In this document: piece after piece, positions 1 through 8,679 of the stretch
How the letters are laid out: each line of letters starts with the position of its first letter
How positions within the stretch are numbered: position 1 is the stretch's first letter
Source of the DNA: Burkholderiales bacterium
GTDB lineage: Bacteria > Pseudomonadota > Gammaproteobacteria > Burkholderiales > Burkholderiaceae_D
Length of the DNA stretch: 64,000 nt
Direction of reading: 5' to 3'
NCBI GenBank assembly: GCA_038240015.1
Contig: JBBSEF010000010.1
Location: 885-64,884, forward strand
Notes under the pieces: generated by a model
Told to the model about the DNA's origin: nothing
What the model saw: only the letters and a program-made list of their open reading frames with translations
Database searches by the model: none
Program-made: the position numbers and the translations under genes

Positions 1-597
1 GCGCACACCCGTGTCGGGAATGCGCAGATTGATCAGCGCAGCCAGCGCGTAGATGCAGGCGATGACGACGATCGCGGCTTGCGGCGCGGTGTCGATGCCG
101 GTGTCGATCCACGGCATGTCGAACGACAGCATCATGGTCGAGAGTTTTTCGCCGACGAGTTGGCCGCCCAGCACGGTGCCGAGGATGATCGAGGTCACCG
201 TCAATCCTTCGATCCAGCCATTGGCCTTGACGAGTTCTTCTGCGGGCAGCAGTTCGGTGAGGATGCCGTACTTGGCCGGCGAATAAGCCGCCGCGCCGAT
301 ACCGACGATGCCGTAAGCAACCAGCGGATGCACGCCGAACAGCATCACGAGGCAGCCGACGATCTTGATGCTGTTGGTGATGAACATCACGCGGCCCTTG
401 GGCATCGCGTCGGCGAATGCGCCGACAAATGCCGCGAGGACGACATAGGAGAGTCCGAAGAACAGCTTGAGCAACGGAGTCATCCACTCCGGCGCCGAGA
501 CTTGAATGAGGAGCGATATCGCAGCGATCAGCAACGCGTTGTCGGCAAGCGACGAAAAAAATTGCGCTGCCATGATCGTGTAGAAACCGCGCTTCAT
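1..597 (-). CDS. lplT: Lysophospholipid transporter LplT (MFS), N-terminal part; gene continues beyond the left edge
   Basis: Not in the ORF track because there is no stop in the window. Manual translation of the minus strand from the ATG (cat at 595-597) gives MKRGFYTIMAAQFFSSLADNALLIAAISLL...AFADAMPKGRVMFITNSIKIVGCLVML...AAAYSPAKYGILTELLP. This is a hydrophobic MFS pattern typical of LplT. It is divergent from alr. Confidence 0.7.
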   Translation of the reverse strand, partial: MKRGFYTIMAAQFFSSLADNALLIAAISLLIQVSAPEWMTPLLKLFFGLSYVVLAAFVGAFADAMPKGRVMFITNSIKIVGCLVMLFGVHPLVAYGIVGIGAAAYSPAKYGILTELLPAEELVKANGWIEGLTVTSIILGTVLGGQLVGEKLSTMMLSFDMPWIDTGIDTAPQAAIVVIACIYALAALINLRIPDTGVR

Positions 598-886
598 GAG
601 CAGAACCTGTAGTCCAACGCCTGTCTCCAGTCTTGTCGAGCCGCACGAATGCGACCGCGAGTGGCGTGCATCCCTGCGTATTGCGGCATGGAATGCACCT
701 GGTGGCTTTGGGCGCGCCGCGAGAGGATCTAGTCGTCCCCTTTGCGCGACGGGTTATAGCATGAATCGCCTGCGCGACCGCCAATTCGCCGGTCGACGCC
801 GTTCGGCGAATCGGATGATGAGTTGCGACGAATTATCATGTCGACTTGCGCTAGCGCATCGCGCGCGCCTCCTGACGATCGCCCTC

Positions 887-1969
887 GTGTCCCGACCCAT
901 CAAAGCACTCGTCTCGCGAAGAGCCATCGCGCACAACGTCGATATCGTACGAAGGATCGCGCCGCGCTCGAAGGTATGGGCCATATTGAAAGCGGATGCG
1001 TATGGTCACGGATTGATCCGCACGATGACCGACAACAGTCCCTCGCTCGCGCGCGCCGACGGCATCGCGATTCTCGAAACCTCCGCTGCCGAAACGCTGC
1101 GCGAGCTCGGCTGGCGTCTTCCGCTGATGCTGCTCGAAGGCTGCTTCGATCCCGCCGATCTCGATCTCGCCGCGCGGCTTGGCGTCACGGTCACGGTCCA
1201 TCACGATGAACAGATCGCGATGATCGAGGCGGCGCGATTCGCGAAGCCGATCGACGTCTATCTGAAGATGAACACCGGCATGAACCGGCTCGGCTTCTCG
1301 TCTGCGCGTTTTCGTCAAGCGTATGAGCAGCTGGTCGCGACGTCGAAGGTCGGAGCCATCACCTTGATGACGCACTTCGCCAATGCCGATCGGCCCGAAG
1401 GCGTGGAGCACCAACTCGAAACCTTCGAGCGTGGCGCAGCCGGCTTGCCCGGACCGCGCTCGCTCGCCAACTCGGCGGCCATCCTCGTGCATCCGGACAC
1501 GCATGCCGACTGGGTGCGGCCGGGCATCATGCTTTATGGCGCTTCACCTTTCGCGACGAGGACCGCCGCCGAGTTCGACTTGCGGCCCGCGATGGAACTG
1601 CGAAGCCAATTGATCGCCGTCCAACAATTGCAGTCGGGCGACGTCGTCGGCTACGGGCATCGCTATTCGGCCGAGCGCGCGATGCGCGTCGGTATCGTCG
1701 CGTGCGGCTATGCGGACGGCTATCCGCGTGTCGCTCCCACCGGCACGCCGATCGCGGTCGACGGCGTGAAGACACGTGTGGTCGGTCGCGTATCGATGGA
1801 CATGCTGACGGTCGATCTCACCCACGTGCCGCAGGCTGTGGTCGGCAGTCCGGTCGAACTGTGGGGGTCGCAAGTCCCGGTCGATGAAGTCGCGCAAGCC
1901 GCGGGCACGGTCGGATACGAACTCCTGTGCGCGCTCGCGCCGCGTGTGCCGGTCATCACGATCGACTGA
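887..1969 (+). CDS. alr: Alanine racemase
   Basis: Lies in ORF 596..1969. Contains the PLP-lysine context AILKADAYGHG and the conserved C-terminal GYADGYPR / VSMDM motifs. Start re-picked to the in-frame GTG at 887 (VSRPIKALVSRRAI...), giving about 360 aa as expected for Alr; the upstream 97 codons are Arg/Cys-rich and look non-coding. Confidence 0.85.
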   Translation: MSRPIKALVSRRAIAHNVDIVRRIAPRSKVWAILKADAYGHGLIRTMTDNSPSLARADGIAILETSAAETLRELGWRLPLMLLEGCFDPADLDLAARLGVTVTVHHDEQIAMIEAARFAKPIDVYLKMNTGMNRLGFSSARFRQAYEQLVATSKVGAITLMTHFANADRPEGVEHQLETFERGAAGLPGPRSLANSAAILVHPDTHADWVRPGIMLYGASPFATRTAAEFDLRPAMELRSQLIAVQQLQSGDVVGYGHRYSAERAMRVGIVACGYADGYPRVAPTGTPIAVDGVKTRVVGRVSMDMLTVDLTHVPQAVVGSPVELWGSQVPVDEVAQAAGTVGYELLCALAPRVPVITID

Positions 1970-2007
1970 ACTGTCGACTCACTCGCAGACAAGAAAGATC
2001 ATCGCGC

Positions 2008-3405
2008 GTGGCCAAACCGAAAACTGTTTATGCGTGCTCCGAGTGCGGCGGGCAGACCTCGAAGTGGCAGGGCCAGTGTCCGCATTGCTCGGCGTGGAAT
2101 ACCTTGATCGAAGGCGTGGCCGAAGCGCCGAGCACATCGCATCGCTTTGCCTCGCTGACCGCATCGACGCCGGTGCGCGCCTTGTCGGAAATCGACGCGA
2201 CCGAGGTTCCGCGTTTTTCCAGCGGCATCGAAGAGTTCGATCGAGTGCTCGGCGGCGGCATGGTCGCGGGCGCGGTCGTCTTGATCGGCGGCGATCCGGG
2301 CATCGGCAAGTCGACCTTGCTGTTGCAGGCGATGTCGGTCCTCTCGATGACCAAACGCACGCTCTACGTCAGCGGCGAAGAGTCGGGCGCGCAGATCGCG
2401 TTACGCGCGAGGAGGCTCGCGGGCGAAGAGAGCGGATGGGGCGGCGCGTTGAGGCTGCTCGCCGAAATCAATCTCGAAAAAATCCAGGCCGCGATCGCGA
2501 GCGAACGTCCCGACGTGGCGGTGATCGATTCGATCCAGACCCTGTATTCGGAAGCGTTGACCTCGGCGCCCGGCTCCGTAGCGCAGGTGCGTGAATGCGC
2601 GGCGCAGTTGACGCGCATCGCCAAGCAACTCGGAACCACCATCGTGCTGGTCGGCCACGTGACGAAAGAGGGCACGCTCGCCGGGCCGCGCGTGCTCGAG
2701 CATATCGTCGACACGGTGCTGTACTTCGAAGGCGACACCCATTCGAGCTTTCGACTCGTGCGCGCGATCAAGAATCGCTTCGGTGCGATCAATGAGCTCG
2801 GCGTGTTCGCGATGACCGAACGGGGATTGAAGGGCGTGTCGAATCCGTCGGCGCTGTTTCTTTCACAACACGGCCCGGACGGGAAGGGCGGCACGGTGTC
2901 GGGATCGTGCGTGCTGGTCACGCAGGAAGGCACGCGGCCCTTGCTCGTCGAGATTCAGGCGCTGGTCGATACCGCGCACAACCCCAACCCGCGACGGCTC
3001 TCGGTCGGGCTCGAGCAGAACCGGCTCGCATTGTTGCTCGCGGTCCTGCATCGTCATGCCGGCATCGCGTGCTACGACCAGGACGTGTTCGTCAATGCGG
3101 TCGGCGGCGTCAAGATCGTCGAGCCCGCCGCCGATCTCGCGGTGCTGTGCGCGATTCAATCGTCGCTGCGAGGCAAGCCGATGCCGCGCGGCATGGTGGT
3201 GTTCGGTGAAGTCGGGCTTGCCGGCGAGATTCGTCCGGCGCCGCGCGGACAGGAGCGCTTGCGTGAAGCCGCGAAGCTGGGCTTCGGCAGCGCCTTGATC
3301 CCGCGCGCCAATGCGCCCAAGGGTGCGAACGCGAAGATCGAGGGGATGGAGATCATCGCCGTCTCGCGCATCGACGAGGCGCTCGATGCGTTACGAGCGG
3401 GTTAG
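2008..3405 (+). CDS. radA: DNA repair protein RadA/Sms
   Basis: N-terminal zinc finger CSECGG..CPHCSAW, Walker A GGDPGIGKST, KNRFG motif and a Lon-like C-terminal domain. Start re-picked to the GTG at 2008 (VAKPKTVYACSECGG), matching the canonical RadA N-terminus. Confidence 0.9.
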   Translation: MAKPKTVYACSECGGQTSKWQGQCPHCSAWNTLIEGVAEAPSTSHRFASLTASTPVRALSEIDATEVPRFSSGIEEFDRVLGGGMVAGAVVLIGGDPGIGKSTLLLQAMSVLSMTKRTLYVSGEESGAQIALRARRLAGEESGWGGALRLLAEINLEKIQAAIASERPDVAVIDSIQTLYSEALTSAPGSVAQVRECAAQLTRIAKQLGTTIVLVGHVTKEGTLAGPRVLEHIVDTVLYFEGDTHSSFRLVRAIKNRFGAINELGVFAMTERGLKGVSNPSALFLSQHGPDGKGGTVSGSCVLVTQEGTRPLLVEIQALVDTAHNPNPRRLSVGLEQNRLALLLAVLHRHAGIACYDQDVFVNAVGGVKIVEPAADLAVLCAIQSSLRGKPMPRGMVVFGEVGLAGEIRPAPRGQERLREAAKLGFGSALIPRANAPKGANAKIEGMEIIAVSRIDEALDALRAG

Positions 3406-4862
3406 CGACCGGCGGCAGAGGCTCGAGCCTCATCGCGCGGCGCAATCAGCGCAGCGATCAAACTTTCCGCTGCACGCCGACCGCTGATCACCGCCGCCTC
3501 CAGCGTTGCGGGGTAGTGCGTCGTGAAGGTCGCTTCGGCTACATAGTCGCCGGCAATCACAAGATGCGGATGCGGCGTCTCGACGTCGGGACGCGCGAGC
3601 GCGGGCGTGCACGCGAAAGTCGCGCGTTTTTCGACGATGAGACGCGCATCGAGCGACTGACTCGGCATCCCGCATTGGGTTGCAAGTTGCCTCGCGATCG
3701 TCGCGAGCAATTCGGATTGTTCGAGTTCGCGATGCGATCCATCGGCACTGATGACAACGGCAATCAAGCCTCGTGGTGCGTTGGACTCGGGTGCAACGCG
3801 ATCGTGCAAACGCTCGGAGCGATTGAATGCCCACTGCCCGAACACGTCGAGATGCGGCGCGGGTTCGAGCGCCAGCATGCGTGCGGGCCACTGCGGTGGA
3901 TCGCGGTATTGCAGATAGGCGGTGACGATCGGCTGGAACTCGAAGGCCTCGCAGGTTTCGATCAACGGTCGATAGCGTTCATCCCGAAGCGCGGTCGGCT
4001 TGAGTAGCCGAACCGCTTCGTATGGAGGAACTGCAAGTACGGCGCCATCGAATCGTTCGCTGTCCGAAAGATCGGTGGCCGAACCGCTCGCGATGTAAAC
4101 GCCGTGCTGATCGAGCTTGAGGTTCTGAATGCGCGCGCCGAGGCGAATTTCGGACGCGCCGTGCTCGAGGAAGGCCGCAGCCGCATCGGGCAACAGGCTT
4201 CCGAGATCGACGAACGGCAACAGGAGATCCGAGTCGCGCGCCGCTGCACCGAGACTGTCGCGCAATACGTTGAGAAACACTTGCGCGCTCGCGATGTCGC
4301 TGGTGGTGTTGAGCGCGGCGATGCAAAGAGGCTCCCACAGTTTGCGGCTCAGCGTCGCAGGTTGTTCCCAGGAATCGAGCAACGCATCGACTGCGCAATC
4401 GCTTGCCAGAGTCCAATCGATACGCTTCGCGCGCAGCATCAAGCTCACCATCGCCCAGCGCTCGTCGAGGTTGAGCATGCGAGCGCTGAGGACGCCCATC
4501 ACGAGATGCCACGGCGCGCGATGCCGCGACGCGCGAAGTTCGAAGCCGCTCGCGCTGACGATAGCAAGCGGCGTGCGCTCGAACGCGTCGTCGGGATTCA
4601 CGCCGAGCTTCGAGAGCAAGCCGAGCGTATGGCGATACGCCCCGATCAGGATGTGCTGACCGTTGTCGAGCGCGATCTCGCGACCGTCGGCGGTTTCCCA
4701 CAGCACGCGCCGCGCACGGCCGCCGAACGTCTTCGAGGCTTCGAACACGGTGCACGCAAAGCCGGCTTCCTGGAGCCGCACCGCGGCCGCAAGTCCGGCC
4801 CAACCCGCGCCGATGATCGCGACCGAAGGCGGGGACGACGGTTCGTATGGTCCTTGCGTCAT
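3402..4862 (-). CDS. hpnE: Hydroxysqualene dehydroxylase HpnE (FAD-dependent amine-oxidase fold)
   Basis: Dinucleotide-binding motif VAIIGAGWAGLAAAVRL..FEASKTFGGRA and the C-terminal GDY motif. Genomic context with hpnC/hpnD. Start taken at the ATG at 4862 (MTQGPYEP...); the track ORF begins at a TTG 11 codons upstream. Confidence 0.8.
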   Translation of the reverse strand: MTQGPYEPSSPPSVAIIGAGWAGLAAAVRLQEAGFACTVFEASKTFGGRARRVLWETADGREIALDNGQHILIGAYRHTLGLLSKLGVNPDDAFERTPLAIVSASGFELRASRHRAPWHLVMGVLSARMLNLDERWAMVSLMLRAKRIDWTLASDCAVDALLDSWEQPATLSRKLWEPLCIAALNTTSDIASAQVFLNVLRDSLGAAARDSDLLLPFVDLGSLLPDAAAAFLEHGASEIRLGARIQNLKLDQHGVYIASGSATDLSDSERFDGAVLAVPPYEAVRLLKPTALRDERYRPLIETCEAFEFQPIVTAYLQYRDPPQWPARMLALEPAPHLDVFGQWAFNRSERLHDRVAPESNAPRGLIAVVISADGSHRELEQSELLATIARQLATQCGMPSQSLDARLIVEKRATFACTPALARPDVETPHPHLVIAGDYVAEATFTTHYPATLEAAVISGRRAAESLIAALIAPRDEARASAAGR

Positions 4863-4866
4863 GGAC

Positions 4867-4957
4867 GGAAATTGTACGTCGCGACCCGGTTCCAATTTCC
4901 GATCGATCGCGTGTCTGATTGCGTTGTGATGTCCGGCCGACCAGAATGCTGATTGCG
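4867..4957. promoter_or_regulatory. Candidate operator elements in the divergent hpnE/nthA spacer
   Basis: An 8-bp inverted repeat, ggaaattg (4867-4874) and caatttcc (4893-4900), separated by 18 bp. A 9-bp direct repeat ctgattgcg at 4915-4923 and 4949-4957. Function not demonstrated. Confidence 0.3.
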
Positions 4958-4986
4958 AAAAACTTCAATCCGCCACACGAGCTTCG

Positions 4987-5688
4987 ATGAGCCACGACCA
5001 CCACGACCACCACGACCACCACGACCACCACGACGAAGAGCATGACCACGATGGCGATCACCACCCTCATCACGATCATGCCGGCAGCGCGCTTTCGGCG
5101 ATGGACTTGCGCGTGCGCGCGCTGGAATCCCTGCTGGTCGAAAAGGCTTATGTCGATCCCGAGGCGCTTGACGTCCTGATCGAAACCTACGAAACGCGAA
5201 TCGGTCCGCGCAATGGAGCGCGCGTCGTCGCGAGGGCGTGGGCCGACCCGGCTTACAAGACGTGGCTGCTCGATGACGCTACGGCGGCGATCGCATCGTT
5301 GGGATATGGCGGGCGGCAAGGCGAGCACATGGTCGCGCTGGAGAACACGCCGACGGTACACAACATGGTGGTCTGCACCTTGTGCTCGTGCTATCCGTGG
5401 CCGGTGCTGGGCCTGCCGCCGGTCTGGTATAAGTCGGCGCCGTATCGCTCGCGTGCGGTCGCCGACCCTCGCGGCGTGCTGAAGGACTTCGGTTTCGAGT
5501 TGCCGCCCGAGGTGGAGTTTCGGGTGTGGGATTCGACAGCCGAGATACGCTATCTGGTACTGCCGCTGCGTCCCGCTTCGACTGTCGGCTGGAGCGAAGA
5601 GGCCCTGGCCGAGCTGGTGACGCGCGATTCGATGATCGGCACCGGCTTGGTCACGAGTCCCGTTAAACGCTACGCGCAAGGCGCATGA
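4987..5688 (+). CDS. nthA: Nitrile hydratase alpha subunit, cobalt type, with His/Asp-rich N-terminal extension
   Basis: Metal-binding motif [21 protein letters not shown]; Thr/Tyr variants are characteristic of Co-type enzymes, whereas Fe-type has CSLCSCT. Also RVRALESLL and TRDSMIGTG blocks. The stop overlaps the nthB start (ATGA at 5685-5688). Confidence 0.9.
   Translation: MSHDHHDHHDHHDHHDEEHDHDGDHHPHHDHAGSALSAMDLRVRALESLLVEKAYVDPEALDVLIETYETRIGPRNGARVVARAWADPAYKTWLLDDATAAIASLGYGGRQGEHMVALENTPTVHNMVVCTLCSCYPWPVLGLPPVWYKSAPYRSRAVADPRGVLKDFGFELPPEVEFRVWDSTAEIRYLVLPLRPASTVGWSEEALAELVTRDSMIGTGLVTSPVKRYAQGA
4993..5034 (+). repeat. Perfect 9-nt tandem repeat (cacgaccac) x4 plus a partial copy, coding (His-Asp-His)n
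   Basis: Read directly: CAC GAC CAC repeated from 4993 to 5028, followed by CAC GAC. It is in frame, within codons 3-16 of nthA. Confidence 0.95.
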
Positions 5689-6374
5689 ACGGCGCGCAAG
5701 ACCTCGGCGGCATGCACGGCTTCGGGCCGGTGCTGCACGAGCCCGACGAGCCGCCGTTTCACGCCGATTGGGAACGCCGCGTGCTGGCGATCACGCTGGC
5801 GATGGGCGCCACGCGACAGTGGAACATCGACATGTCACGCGCGGCTCGCGAGAGCCTGCCGCCTGCGCAATATTTGTCGAGCAGTTATTACGAAATCTGG
5901 TTCGAGGGTCTCAAGAAACTGCTGCTCGATGCGCGCCTGGTCAGCGGCGAAGAAATCGAAGAGGGCAAGTCCAGGGCTGCAATCATGCCGCTCGCGCGCG
6001 TGTTGGTGGGCGATCAGGTTGCGGCCGCGCTCTCGCGCGGCAGCCCCAGCGTTCGCCCCGCGACCAACGAGGCGCGCTTCGCCATCGGCGACATCGTTCG
6101 CGCGCGACAGATCAATCCAGCGACGCACACGCGCTTGCCGCGCTATTGCCGCGGCAAGCAGGGCCAGGTCATCGCGGTGCATGGTGCGCACAGTTTTCCA
6201 GATACCAACGCGATCGGGCGAGGCGAACAACCGCAGTGGCTTTACACGGTGCGCTTCGACGCGACCGAACTGTGGGGACCGGATACGACCAGCGCGTCGG
6301 TCTGTGTCGATTGCTGGGAGCCTTATCTCGAGTATTGCGAAGCCCGTCCCTCTGAAGGAATTCCCTCGCGATGA
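5685..6374 (+). CDS. nthB: Nitrile hydratase beta subunit
   Basis: N-terminus [30 protein letters not shown] and the YYEIWFEGL block are typical of NHase beta. Full-length at 229 aa, so not the split thiocyanate-hydrolase type. ATGA overlaps at both ends. Confidence 0.9.
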   Translation: MNGAQDLGGMHGFGPVLHEPDEPPFHADWERRVLAITLAMGATRQWNIDMSRAARESLPPAQYLSSSYYEIWFEGLKKLLLDARLVSGEEIEEGKSRAAIMPLARVLVGDQVAAALSRGSPSVRPATNEARFAIGDIVRARQINPATHTRLPRYCRGKQGQVIAVHGAHSFPDTNAIGRGEQPQWLYTVRFDATELWGPDTTSASVCVDCWEPYLEYCEARPSEGIPSR

Positions 6375-6730
6375 AACTGCTCGATCTACGCAATGCCTTG
6401 CCCGGTCTGCCGTGCGACGACGATGAGCCTGTCTTCAACGCACCTTGGGAAGCCCAGGCATTCGCAATGACGCTCGCCTTGTACGAGCGCGGTGTGTTCG
6501 ACTGGAACGAATGGGCCGCAAACCTCGCAGCGGCGATACGCGATGCCCAGCTTGCCGGCGACCCGGACAGCGGCGAGAACTACTATGGCCATTGGCTGAC
6601 GGCGCTGGAAAACATCAGCACCGCGAAAGGTCTCGTCACGAATCGAGCGCTGCTTGATCGTCGCCATGAGTGGGACGATGCGGCACGGCGTACGCCGCAC
6701 GGTCAGCCGATCGCACTCGAGCGTCCGTAA
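6371..6730 (+). CDS. Nitrile hydratase accessory (activator / subunit-swapping chaperone, P14K/NhlE-like) protein
   Basis: 119 aa. Contains the beta-subunit-like segment FNAPWEAQAFAMTLALYERGVFDWNEWAANLAAAI. Its position immediately after nthB, with ATGA coupling, follows the alpha-beta-activator order of Co-type clusters. Confidence 0.8.
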   Translation: MKLLDLRNALPGLPCDDDEPVFNAPWEAQAFAMTLALYERGVFDWNEWAANLAAAIRDAQLAGDPDSGENYYGHWLTALENISTAKGLVTNRALLDRRHEWDDAARRTPHGQPIALERP

Positions 6731-6769
6731 GCGTTCTCGCGCTTTTATTGAATCCGCGCTTGCGTCCTG

Positions 6770-7606
6770 TCAACGCGTACGCACCCAGGTGCGCCACGCG
6801 ATCCACAGTTTTCTGATCGGCGTCAACGCGATGCGCTGGTTCAGTACGGCGAAGCGTTCGCCTTCGATCTCGTCGAGCAAGGCGCGATAGATCGCGGCCA
6901 TGATGAGCCCGGGTCGCTGCGCTCGCCGGTCCGCGTCGGGCAACAAGGCGAGCGCTTCGGCGTAGATGCCGCGCGCGCGCGTCGCCTGAAATCGCATCAG
7001 TTCGGAAAAGCCGGCGCTGCGCTTTCCCGCGAGCAGGTCGCCGGCCGGCACGGCGAATCGTTTCAGTTCATCGACCGGCAAGTAGATACGGCCCATGCGG
7101 GCATCTTCGCCGACATCGCGAATGATGTTGGTGAGCTGGATCGCGAGACCGAGTTTTTCGGCGTATTGCGCGGTCGCGGGATCGGTCGCCCCGAAGATGT
7201 TGGACGACAACAGGCCCACCACGCCCGCGACGTGATGGCAGTAATGCGCGAGGCCCGCGAAGTCGAGGTAGCGCGATTGACGCAGGTCCATCTCCATGCC
7301 CGCGATGATCTCGAGCAATCGCGCTTGCGTGATCGCGAACGCTTCGAGGTGCGGCGCGAGCGCGCGCGTGACTGGATGCGTGGGCTCGCCCTGGTAGAGT
7401 CGGCCCACTTCTTCGCTCCACCACGCGAGCGTGCGTGCGGCAAGCGATGCATCGCTGGTTTCATCGACGACATCGTCGACCTCGCGGCAGAACGCATACA
7501 GCGCGGTGATTGCCGCGCGCCGCTGCGGCGGCAGAAAAAGAAACGCGTAATAGAAACTCGAACCGCTCTTCGCGGCTTTGTCCTGGCAATAGGCTTCGGG
7601 CGTCAT
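6770..7606 (-). CDS. hpnD: Presqualene diphosphate synthase HpnD
   Basis: Contains YCQDKAAKSGSSFYYAFLFLPPQRRAAITALYAFCREVDDVVDE (Asp-rich motif) and a second motif NIIRDVGEDARMGRIYLP. Start re-picked to the ATG at 7606 (MTPEAY), giving 278 aa. It overlaps the hpnC stop (ATGA). Confidence 0.85.
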   Translation of the reverse strand: MTPEAYCQDKAAKSGSSFYYAFLFLPPQRRAAITALYAFCREVDDVVDETSDASLAARTLAWWSEEVGRLYQGEPTHPVTRALAPHLEAFAITQARLLEIIAGMEMDLRQSRYLDFAGLAHYCHHVAGVVGLLSSNIFGATDPATAQYAEKLGLAIQLTNIIRDVGEDARMGRIYLPVDELKRFAVPAGDLLAGKRSAGFSELMRFQATRARGIYAEALALLPDADRRAQRPGLIMAAIYRALLDEIEGERFAVLNQRIALTPIRKLWIAWRTWVRTR

Positions 7607-8442
7607 GCGCGCATTGTAAGAGCGCGCATCAACAGCAACGGCGCATCGGTCCTGATGATCGTCGGTCTCTTCGTGAAAACGTTTCCGTCGACGCGCTCGA
7701 TCTTCTCGAGGATGCGCAGACCACCCTGCACGACCAGCCGCAACTCGAAGCCGATGCGTCCGCGCAAGGCGAGCCCGAGCGGCGCGCCTTCCTGCATCAT
7801 CGCCCGCGTTCGCGTCACCTCGAAGTGCATCAGTTGCCGCCATGCGGGCGCGATGACCAGCGCGGTAGCGTCGCCCATCAACATCGCTTCGCTCACGCCG
7901 AAACGCTCGAGGTCCGCGCGCGGAAGATAGATACGATCCTTGCCGAGATCGATCTCAACGTCCTGCCAGAAATTGATCCATTGCAACGCGGTGCAGATGC
8001 GGTCGGACCAGAGGCGATGCTGTTCGCTGTCGGCGCCGTAGAGAATCAGCATCAAACGTCCCACCGGATTCGCTGAGCGACAGCAATAGTCGAGCAGCAT
8101 CGCGTCGTCGTCATAGCGGGTGACGATCACGTCCTGCGAGAACGCGGACAACAGATCGCGGAAGAGGCCGATCGGCAAACGATGTGCGCGGATCACCGCG
8201 GCCAACGCGTCGAACATCGCGCCCTCGGGCGCCCGCAAGGGCGCCTGCTCGGCTTCGATTCGCACGAGCTGTGCGTCGTATGCGGCGAGCGATGCGGTGC
8301 GCTCTTGAGGAGCGGCGTCGCCTTCGTCGGCCAGATCGTCGGCACTGCGCGCGAACCGATAGATGACCTCGACCGCTGCACGCAGCCGACGCGGCACGAG
8401 CCATGAAGCGACCGGGAAATTTTCGTAGTGCGCGACGGGCAT
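7603..8442 (-). CDS. hpnC: Hydroxysqualene synthase HpnC
   Basis: Contains HYENFPVASWLVPRRLRAAVEVIYRFARSADDLADEG and WQDVEIDLGKDRIYLP. Start re-picked to the ATG at 8442 (MPVAHYENF), giving 279 aa. Confidence 0.85.
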   Translation of the reverse strand: MPVAHYENFPVASWLVPRRLRAAVEVIYRFARSADDLADEGDAAPQERTASLAAYDAQLVRIEAEQAPLRAPEGAMFDALAAVIRAHRLPIGLFRDLLSAFSQDVIVTRYDDDAMLLDYCCRSANPVGRLMLILYGADSEQHRLWSDRICTALQWINFWQDVEIDLGKDRIYLPRADLERFGVSEAMLMGDATALVIAPAWRQLMHFEVTRTRAMMQEGAPLGLALRGRIGFELRLVVQGGLRILEKIERVDGNVFTKRPTIIRTDAPLLLMRALTMRA

Positions 8443-8476
8443 GGGCGGCTCGGATGAAGCGCGGGAGTATAGGTGT

Positions 8477-8512
8477 ACGCACATCGGGACGCACATCGAG
8501 ACGCACATCGGA
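8477..8512. repeat. Three tandem 12-bp units upstream of hpnC
   Basis: The units are acgcacatcggg / acgcacatcgag / acgcacatcgga, read directly. They lie 35-70 bp upstream of the hpnC start codon. A minus-strand TATACT hexamer (agtata at 8466-8471 on the plus strand) sits between the repeats and the start. Confidence 0.9.
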
Positions 8513-8593
8513 GGCGCAGATCGCGCAAGCGCGCAGGCGCACAAGCGTGCCCGTTGCGCCAATCGGCGCGCCGAAAGGTCCCGAGGCATCGCG

Positions 8594-8599
8594 TATAAT
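8594..8599 (+). promoter_or_regulatory. Possible -10 box (perfect TATAAT) for tRNA-Leu
   Basis: cgcgTATAATtcgg lies about 80 nt upstream of the tRNA 5' end. No convincing -35 was seen. Confidence 0.3.
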
Positions 8600-8679
8600 T
8601 CGGCGCCGATCAAGCGGCGCGCGCCTGATCGGGACAACGCGACAGGATGATGCGGCCGGATGCGCCGCGAGGCGTCACC

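Noticed and set aside
3979-5679. 566-aa minus-strand ORF with a striking poly-Val run ([13 protein letters not shown])
   Set aside because: It overlaps hpnE out of frame and lies antisense to nthA. The poly-Val run is simply the reverse complement of the (CAC GAC CAC)n His/Asp repeat. The composition is Arg-rich and typical of off-frame ORFs in GC-rich DNA.
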